Shown here in pieces: positions 21,098 through 29,429 of a stretch of DNA of 29,429 nt. This DNA is from Octopus sinensis (lineage: Eukaryota), in the NCBI RefSeq assembly GCF_006345805.1, contig NW_021832902.1, positions 1-29,429 on the forward strand, written 5' to 3'. Positions within the stretch are counted from its first letter, which is position 1; each line of letters opens with the position of its first letter. A program made the position numbers and the translations under genes. The notes beneath the pieces were generated by a model. That model searched no databases. It was not told the origin of the DNA and worked only from the letters and a program-made list of their open reading frames with translations.

Positions 21098-21319
21098 TGA
21101 CATATACACATGCCAAAGGTAGAATTGGTATTTTTGGATTTATAACTATATCAATTGTATTTACAATATGAGAATGGTGAAGCTTACTTTTGGCTTCCAT
21201 TCCCCTCACCATTTTTATTATTATTGAGTTGTTTGTGGCTAAACATTTCACCTGACGTATATTCTAAAGATGTATAGATTAGCAACAAAAGTAGGATTAA
21301 TACCTTGAGGTAATATGTA

Positions 21320-22220
21320 CCCCCACTTAAAAGTGGATGTTCTTTTAGAACTAACTATACTGCGGTAGGAAGTAGGTAGTAGGTAGTGGATAGAAATGTT
21401 CTTCACTACTTAAGGGAGTGATGACCCTGCCTGACACGAGTCGCGGGCTCAACTGCCTCCAGCTGAATGTCCCGGTATGGGCCCCTATCCAGAGTTACGG
21501 AAAGGAGACAACCTTTAAAGAAATCCGGAGTGGAGCCCCGTAGGCGGTTTAGTGTTCGACTCGACACTCTTCTGGCAGCTCCTGCAACCAAGCTGGTGCC
21601 AAACGTAATGCTCTGCACTCGTTTGGGCTACGTCAGCAAGGTTGAGAGAGGAATCCTGACGATTGGGCTACCCAGGATTTTCTTACATATAACCCAGGCC
21701 TGCGCAAAACTGGGGAGGACATGAAATGTAAAAACCAGACTGGATTAGTTTATGCGCAACTCCATTGCCTCCCGAGACAAAAGGATGCCAACAACAATAC
21801 TGCGGTAGAAACCGTGAGAGAAACTCTTATATTGGCATTTTGGTGCAAAATGCAGTCTTGTTTATATCGCTACCTCTCAGTATTAACACTGCCTCTGTCA
21901 CTGATATATATATATATTTTAGAAAATTCACTGCCTAATTGCATCATCAGCGCCTGTTCTGGTACTGTTAATCTATATATCGCTGGCGGGGAGATGAATT
22001 GCTGCTGTGAAGTGCCTATCATTGACAAGACCAGACAAGGTCGAAATCACTGATCTGGTGCTCTCGGCGCTTATAGGAAGATATCTCTCGGGGAGATATC
22101 TTCCTACTGGAGATATAAGCAAGGGTGCATTTTGCACCAAAAGGTCAACACGAGAGTTCCTGTCATGGTAATCACCGCTGTATAGTTTGTTCTAATAGAG
22201 CATCCACTTTTAAGTGGGGA
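21320..22220. mobile_element. TA-flanked MITE with about 46-bp TIRs (Tc1/mariner-superfamily-like), about 460 bp without its insert
   Basis: CCCCACTTAAAAGTGGATGTTCTTTTAGAACTAACTATACTGCGGT versus the reverse complement of 22174-22219, 4 mismatches; TA at 21318-21319 and 22221-22222. Confidence 0.85.
21369..21796 (+). mobile_element. Non-autonomous retroposon with 12-bp TSD and (CAA)n tail, no tRNA head
   Basis: ATACTGCGGTAG at 21357-21368 and 21797-21808; 3' end ...GGATGCCAACAACA; more GC-rich than the host element. Confidence 0.7.
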
Positions 22221-22992
22221 TAAATTTTAACGAAAAAAGTAAATGGTTAAAGGATCGTGAAATTTATCGACGTGAATTCGGAAACTAGTAAGTGTACATT
22301 ATAGTTGGGATTGTAGACCAAGGTAAGAGAAGAGGAACGTCTATAAATTTTCTCGTTTTAAAATATATCAGCGAATTTTCTTTCAGACAACTTCTTTTGA
22401 CACCAAGTATTTGTCAATTCTGTAAACAAGAGACTGTGGCATTCTGTGGACGGAACATTGCCAAATTGATATGTAACGAGAGAAACATGAAAGAAAATCG
22501 GTGATTGGAGAGAAGTCAATGTACACATGACTAATACATTTCTCTTTCAACATAGATTCCACAGAGAGCTTTGGCTAGTTAGCGTAAACACTGCCTGTAG
22601 TGAAAACAAAATAAACTGACGGACATCGTGGATAGAGAGTAGAGCAGCACAAAGTATGTTCTTTAAACATGAATTTCACAATATCCGATGACAGGTGATT
22701 AGTGTATATCACATAGATAACATAATATAAATTATGTTATTTAGAAATGTGCTTCATAGTGATGTAAACGTGTATAGCATATGGATATAACATAGTGCAG
22801 AGTATATTATTTAGCCATGGACATCCTGACACTCTATTGCTGGAGAGTACTGTGAGGTAGATATGTAACACAGTATTGTGGCGTGTTTTATGATACTCTA
22901 TGTCTAAGGAGTATTTCGTTAGCTCGTAGTTACTGGAGGGTTCCAATTTTCAGTCTGCACTAATTTACTCACCTGTATATAAGCATCTTGTT

Positions 22993-23238
22993 GGGGGGCG
23001 TGTGGCCTAATGGTTAGGGGTTTGGACTCATGATCGTGAGATTCTGGTTTCAGTTCCTGGACCGGGCGACCCATTGTGTTCTCAAACAAAACACTTCATT
23101 TCACGTTGCTCTAGTTCACTCAGCGAGCAAAGATTAAATAATCCTGGGACGGACCGGTGTCCCGAACGAGGGATAAATATATGTACGCCACTGAAACTGG
23201 GAAAGCGGTCCTTTTGGATTCATAGAACACGAAAAGGA
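22993..23238 (+). mobile_element. SINE S5 (tRNA head + S4-like middle + distinct tail)
   Basis: A-box TGGCCTAATGG, B-box-like GGTTTCAGTTCC, CACTTCATTTCACGTTGCTCTAGTTCACTCAGC shared with S4; tail related to 538-637. Confidence 0.7.
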
Positions 23239-23404
23239 TTCTTTATCCTTTTATCTTATTTAGCAATCTTGGTAACATGTACCATGCTTTCGCTAATTAG
23301 ACACTCTCTCTCTCTCGGTCCTCCCACTATCGATTTCACGGAACACCCGAGACGTGACGGCAGGAGAAAGAGAGGGTTGTGCCAACACTCGATCGGCGCT
23401 CATT

Positions 23405-23532
23405 AAAGGGGAGTAAACTGAGGTAACGCAAAATAAAATGCCTTGCTCAAGGGCACAACACTCTCTCTGGTACAGAAATCAAACATATGGTCTTTTAATT
23501 GCTAGCCCTTCACCTTAAGCTCAAGGCCATGT
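23405..23532 (-). mobile_element. Degenerate S4/S5-like SINE fragment
   Basis: GAGGTAACGCAAAATAAAATGCCTTGCTCAAGGGCACAAC is the reverse complement of the CORE-like segment. Confidence 0.45.
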
Positions 23533-23676
23533 AACTTTATGCCCTCAAATAATTCTCATTAGTGCAAGCATTGTCCACTAAGAGGAATTTTTATGCATAG
23601 ATACATTTGCCCATAGAGTTACCCGTCAAGTGAAATGCTTTTCCCGACAATTTGTAGTTTATATATATAAGATTTC

Positions 23677-24638
23677 GATCAGGAAATATTTTTAGTTCAA
23701 GATGCAACCTGCTCTGGCTGGCCAACAGAGATTATCAGCAAAAATGAAGGAGTTAGTTGACATCAACCCCCATTATACGACCAGGATGATCGCAGATATT
23801 CTCCAAATATCCAAAAGCCAAATGCATCAACTTAGTTACGTCAGCAGACTCAATGTTTGGATCCCACATCAATTGAATGAAGCTAACTTCTCTCAACGGA
23901 TTTCCGTTTCCGGTTGGTGGCAGAAGCGTGAAGAAAGCGATCCTTTTCTTTTTTTAAAAGAGAATGGTGACGAAAAGTGGATCATCTATAACAATTTGAA
24001 GTTAAGCAAAAGATCATAGAAGTGCGGTGAACCACCACAAACAACCTCTAAAGCAGGATTTCACCTGAAGAAGGTCATGCTTTCAAGTTGGTAAGATTAC
24101 AAGCTTCTTCCCACAGATAAGTGCTTTAATTTGGATGTGTACTGTGATCAGCTGGACAAATTAAACGCAGTGATCTACCAGAAGCATCTAGCAATTGCTA
24201 ATCGTAAGGGCATTGTCTTTCATCTCGACAATTCCAGACCGCATACTTATTTGAAGACATGGCAGAAACTACTGCCGCTTGGCTGGGAAGTTTTGCCGCA
24301 CCCTCCGTATTCACTCGATCTTGTGTCTCCAGATTCCCACCTGTTTCGGTCTTTTCAAAATTAGTTAAATGGAAAGACCTTCAACTCTACAGGTGATGAA
24401 ATATTCACCTGGAAGAATTTTTCGCCAGTAAAAGCTTTGAGTAGGGAATAAAGGGTTATATGTTGAGTAGGGAATTAAGGGTTATATGTCAATGTGTAAT
24501 GTCTGTCCAGAAGGTGACAGAAGATACTGGAGTAAAATTGTAATAAGTTCACTGATTGAATAAATTGCTTTGTGTTTAAAACTTGCATCTTTTTCTTTTT
24601 TCGCTTAAAAACCGAACGGACGGTTTGGCCAACCAAAC
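23677..24638 (+). pseudogene. Second, more decayed mariner transposase relic with right TIR remnant
   Basis: ...HYTTRMIA...VWIPHQL...GDEKWIIYNN...FHLDNSRPHT...LPHPPYSLDLVSPDSHLFRSFQN; many stops and frameshifts; TIR-like AAAAACCGAACGGACGGTTTGGCCAACCAAA at about 24607-24637. 5' boundary uncertain. Confidence 0.88.
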
Positions 24639-25317
24639 ATTCGAATGTAATCTGGAACTTGCTTATTACTTAGCAATGACTCCTTACCATTGTTTTGTTA
24701 CTCCATTCTAAAAGGAATCTTAATCAAATTAGTCACATTTCCTTTTTATCTCCGTTTACTGATGTCGTTGTCATTATCATCATTAGTGTTGTTCTTGTTG
24801 TTGCTACTGCAGCTTGACCCTTATTAGTCAAACAAATGATGTGATACGTTCAAACCGTTTATCATTTTGCCTTTATCTTTTACTTGGATGTATCTATCCT
24901 TCCTTTCTCTTTTCAAGGCATCATTAGATAAAATTTTTAAGTATTTGGCTACTGTTTCTGGCAGGTCTACTGTCCACAACAGGTGACATGATCAATGTAA
25001 CCGTGAGAAAGCTGCCATGTGTCAACGATTTTCACGAAGCAAGGACATGGACTCTAAGTCACGTGATCACAAACTATTGCAATTTTTTACGTCCCCTTAT
25101 CGCTTCTCGTTTCGGGGTTTACAGTTGGCCACGTTGGTAGAGTATCGGATTTGGTTCATTTCTAGACGCCGACACTATGCTTAATCCATAGTTAAACCAA
25201 ATTAATCCCTCAACTGAGTCAGTGTTCGTCGATAGAAACAGAAGCAAAAGGTTACGAATACTACTACAGGTGGTCTGGCCTTGTGTCAAAATTTGAAAGC
25301 AATATTATTACAGGTAG

Positions 25318-25500
25318 TATTAGTAGTAGTAGTAGTAGTAGTAGCACGAGGAAGCAGGAGTAGGAGTAGGAGAGAAATATGATGCGGGAGGTGGGGGAGG
25401 AGGAGGAGGTGGGGAGGAGGAGAAGGAACAAGAAAATGAGGAAGAGGAGGAGGAAGACGACGAAGAGGTAGTGAAGGAGGTAGTGGTGCTGGTGAAGGGA
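25318..25500. repeat. (GTA)n / (GGA)n / (GAA)n purine-rich low complexity
   Basis: Seen directly. Confidence 0.85.
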
Positions 25501-25557
25501 GTCAGTTTAATTTAAATGATTCAAAAACTTGTCTCTTGCCTTGTTCTTAAAGAGAAG

Positions 25558-25941
25558 TGGAGGCGCAATGGCCCAATGGTTAGGGCAGCGGACTCGCGGT
25601 CATAGGATCGCGGTTTCGATTCCCAGACAGGGCGTTGTGAGTGTTTATTGAGCGAAAATATCTAAAGCTCCACGACGCTCCGGCAGAGGGTGGTGGCGAT
25701 CCCTGCTGTACTCTTTCACCATAGCTTTCTCTCACTCTTTCTTCCTGTTTCTGTTGTACCTGTATTTCAAAGGGCCAGCCTTGTCACACTCTGTGTCATG
25801 ATGAATCTCCCCGAGAACAACGTTAAGGGTACACGTGTCTGTGGAGTGCTCAGCCACTTGCACGTTTACTTTCATGTGCACGCTGTTCCGTTGATCGGAT
25901 CAACTGGAACCCTCGTCGTCGAAACTGACGGAGGGCCATGA
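25558..25941 (+). mobile_element. SINE S3, full length, 12-bp TSD
   Basis: TSD CTTAAAGAGAAG at 25546-25557 and 25942-25953; matches 8713-9103. Confidence 0.92.
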
Positions 25942-26049
25942 CTTAAAGAGAAGCTCAGTTATTGGAATTTGTCCCACTTTATGGCATGGAATGGATTGGA
26001 ATGGAATGGATCTTAGCAACTGCAGAAACTTAGGAAAGAAAGTGTAAAT

Positions 26050-26082
26050 GTATGTGTGTGTGCGTGCGTGCGTGCGAGTGTA

Positions 26083-26126
<44 letters not shown>
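26050..26126. repeat. (GT)n-(GCGT)n-(GA)n microsatellite
   Basis: Seen directly. Confidence 0.9.
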
Positions 26127-26128
<2 letters not shown>

Positions 26129-26444
26129 GATAATGTGTTATGTGTGCAATGAATGTCTATGTTTTATTTGTGCTTTTCTGTGTTGTATGGGAAGAACAAG
26201 AAGGGAAACAGCGAAAGAAACAGAGGCAAAAAGCGAGTGAAAGCGATAGAGGAGAACAGGAGGGGAGCAGCGGAGTGAGGAGAGGGGATAGAGGAAGGGA
26301 AAGAGAGGGAGAGAGAGAGGGGGAGATATGGGGAAGGTGGAGGAGTGTGGCATTGCTTACATGTTGCTGTAGAATTCAATAAGCAGCGAATGGTCGTAAT
26401 AAATTATATAACCTGCTGCTTTGGTTGTCACTTTCTTCTCGTGT

Positions 26445-26634
26445 GCGTATATACATGTACACGCGCTCGCACACGCACATGCAAGTATATATATATATAT
26501 TATCTGTGTATATGTGTGTGTATGCACATACATAAGTATATGTATACATACACCTATATATTATACAAAGATACCCATACATATATGTTGTGTGTATATA
26601 TATAAATGCATATATATATGTATATATATAATAT

Positions 26635-26679
<45 letters not shown>

Positions 26680-26774
26680 GGTATGTGTGTATGTATATAT
26701 TTATAGATATATTTACAAAGATATATCTATATACATATTACACACACACACATATGCATACATATATATACATA

Positions 26775-26807
<33 letters not shown>

Positions 26808-26820
26808 ATACATATATAAA
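26445..26820. repeat. Degenerate (TA)/(TG)/(TATG) low-complexity region
   Basis: Seen directly. Confidence 0.9.
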
Positions 26821-27718
26821 CTGATAAGCTTGCCTCTAACTGGATTTTCCCTTCGTTGATTCAGCCCATCAAATCCATCAAGTAAATATGGCAGTCATCG
26901 CTTTAGAGTCTTTCTATTCCATCTTCGAAATAGTTTTAAACAGAAAGTGTCAGCTTTCTTCTTTTCTTCCTTTCTTCCTTTCCTTCTTTGTTCCTTTCGT
27001 TCCTTCTTTTTTTATTCCTTACTTTCGCTTTTGGTAGGTGACATTTATTATTTTTTTGCTCGGAATTGTTTCTATCTATTTTTTTTTATCTATGTTTTTA
27101 TTCATTTATTTTTCTCCCACTGAATCTCAAAAAGTTCTACGAATTCCTCGATATATACATCGCCGCTGGCACTTATTGGTTTTGTAAGCCTAAGTCTTCT
27201 TTTTTATTTTTTCACTCTTGCTGTTCTTGTTGTTTTTGTTGTTGTTGTTGTTGTTGAGATTATGACGATTTCATCCGTACCTTTGAATACTTTGGGGTTA
27301 TAAGGTCAACGTAGACGCAATTGCAGATGGATTTAGTGAAGTCAACAGGAATATCAATGCCATCCGGAAGTGAACGGTAAAACATGTCCAATATTATATA
27401 AAAACAATACGAACAAGAAAAAGACAAAAATGAAACAACTCGGAAAAAGGAAGAAAAGAAACGTTTGCAAACGAATTCACGCTGTTATTTCTTACACTAT
27501 TTCTCCGCTAGAATGGTACCAAAAGATGGCAACGGTACACAGCTTATCAGATTTAAGTTTAGCACCTTTCTTTTTGTTATACGACGAATGTTTTTATCGT
27601 TAATATTTAGGATCTTTCCTTTCGTGGTACAGGGAATATTTATATCGTCAATTTGTATTTCTGCATAAAAAAGTTATCGCAATAGCATATCTTATGATAT
27701 TTAGATTATCCTTCGCTT

Positions 27719-27982
27719 CAGTGGTTCCCTAAAGGGGCGGTGGAAAGATCCAGGGTACGTTGAAGAAAAGTGGGGGGATAATGGTGTAGCCAAAAGGGTG
27801 TGGTGGATGTAAAAACAACAAAATTATGGATTAATTTGGTTAAATTTTATTTGTGAATTACAGTTGTTATGAATTTGCTGCAGAAAGTGGTGTGTTTGTA
27901 GTGGTGGTCATGGTGAGGGGTGGCTAGAAGTGAGGTCTGGATGCTTAGGGGTCCGCAACCCGAAAAAGCTTGGGAACCACTG
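27719..27982. mobile_element. hAT (Charlie-like) MITE, 264 bp
   Basis: TIR CAGTGGTTCCC / GGGAACCACTG; flanking 8-mers CTTCGCTT / TTTTACTT match only 5 of 8. Confidence 0.65.
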
Positions 27983-28510
27983 TTTTACTTCATATATGGA
28001 TTCCTCATGTTTCTTCTCATTGTATATTTTTTTTGCTTTCGATTACCAATTGAGGATACTGAAGGAGGTTGCATTTTCATTGTATATTGTGACAATTGTC
28101 CTAACATATATCCAGTTAATAACCGCCCTATCGTGTCTACATTGAGACAGTTGTCTTAAAATGTCTACAGCCAGAATTTGTCCTAATATGATCCCTCCAC
28201 TATTTGTCCAAGGACGTCAGTTCTTGTCCTAAAGTCTCTACATTAATATAATTATCTTATCTGGACTCTTCCATCATTTTGCAGAGTTTGCACTGCTTTA
28301 TTCACTATTTTGAACTTTTTATAATGAGTTGATGTTTTCAGCCAAATAATCTTTAAAGGGATGTCATTAACAGAATCTCTATGCAGTGTACTTGATCTGC
28401 CAGAAATGATAGTCATCAAATTATACCCTGTTATCAGAACAATTTGGTAAAATCCGAAAAACAGATGAGGGAGTCACGGCTATGTTTTTCTTCCACTGAC
28501 TCTCACTGAA

Positions 28511-29429
28511 TCTATCTATCTATCCGCTCAGTCGAAGTCGACTCTCGGTTTCTCGTTGGATCAGTGTCCTCCAGTCAGTTCTATCCTGGGCCGCTTCTTT
28601 CAGATTGGCTATGTCCATTCCGGTATCACTCTTGATGGTGTCAAGCCAGCGGGTTCTTGGTCGGCCTCTTCCTCTCTTGCCACTGACCATTCCGTATATA
28701 TATATATATATATCTATCCGCTCAGTCGAAGTCGACTCTCGGTTTCTCGTTGGATCAGTGTCCTCCAGTCAGTTCTATCCTGGGCCGCTTCTTTCAGATT
28801 GCTATGTCCATTCCGGTATCACTTTGATGGTGTCAAGCCAGCGGGTTCTTGGTCGGCCTCTTCCTCTCTTGCCACTGACCATTCCGTATATATATATATA
28901 TATATCTATCCGCTCAGTCGAAGTCGACTCTCGGTTTCTCGTTGGATCAGTGTCCTCCAGTCAGTTCTATCCTGGGCCGCTTCTTTCAGATTGGCTATGT
29001 CCATTCCGGTATCACTCTTGATGGTGTCAAGCCAGCGGGTTCTTGGTCGGCCTCTTCCTCTATGCCACTGACCATTCCGTATATATATATATATATCTAT
29101 CCGCTCAGTCGAAGTCGACTCTCGGTTTCTCGTTGGATCAGTGTCCTCCAGTCAGTTCTATCCTGGGCCGCTTCTTTCAGATTGGCTATGTCCATTCCGG
29201 TATCACTCTTGATGGTGTAAAGCCAGCGGGTTCTTGGTCGGCCTCTTCCTCTCTTGCCACTGACCATTCCGTATATATCTATATATATCTATCCGCTCAG
29301 TCGAAGTCGACTCTCGGTTTCTCGTTGGATCAGTGTCCTCCAGTCAGTTCGATCCTGGGCCGCTTCTTTCAGATTGGCTATGTCCATTCCGGTATCACTC
29401 TTGATGGTGTCAAGCCAGCGGGTTCTTGG
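28511..29429 (-). repeat. Tandem array (about 192-bp unit, 4 full + 1 partial, runs off the window) made of an RTE/BovB-like LINE 3' end plus (TA)n
   Basis: Unit starts at 28520, 28714, 28906, 29097 and 29289; the minus strand of unit 1 (28693 to 28520) encodes GMVSGKRGRGRPRTRWLDTIKSDTGMDIANLKEAAQDRTDWRTLIQRETESRLRLSG*. Confidence 0.92.

Noticed and set aside
8713-25941. tRNA-like sequences in SINE heads as tRNA genes
   Set aside because: A/B boxes are present, but no complete cloverleaf with acceptor stem; each continues into a SINE body.
27110-27370. Short protein-like frames (NLKKFYEFLDIYIAAG; VNVDAIADGFSEVNRN) and a CCGGAAGTG motif
   Set aside because: No consistent acceptor/donor pair; a single short motif is expected by chance.
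28520-29429. CRISPR-like or protein-coding interpretation of the terminal array (plus-strand ORFs of 171, 138 and 92 aa)
   Set aside because: Units are near-identical along their whole length with no unique spacers; the plus-strand ORFs are antisense to the LINE frame; eukaryotic context.

Overview
AT-rich, repeat-saturated eukaryotic DNA with no host protein-coding gene that I can confidently identify, so it is probably intronic or intergenic. The SINE and microsatellite repertoire matches what I recognise from octopus (coleoid cephalopod) genomes; that assignment is from memory, not from a search. Contents: two decayed DD34D mariner transposases; about 25 copies or fragments of five tRNA-headed SINE families (my labels S1-S5); hAT-type and TA-flanked MITEs; an inverted pair of MITEs carrying TTAGGG motifs; a 5'-truncated RTE-type LINE 3' end with an 11-bp TSD; and long (ATT)n, (ATAC)n, (TTC)n and (TA/CA)n microsatellites, which account for most ORFs in the supplied track. 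The most interesting signals are not in the ORF track. (1) Three minimal hammerhead ribozyme motifs sit in microsatellite-embedded modules, two of them in tandem 207 nt apart (Penelope/retrozyme-like). (2) A ~192-bp tandem array at the right end has a monomer that is the extreme 3' coding end of a BovB/RTE-like LINE. (3) A TSD-flanked, (CAA)-tailed retroposon without a tRNA head is nested in a MITE. (4) A palindromic, locally templated scar lies at a hAT MITE junction.
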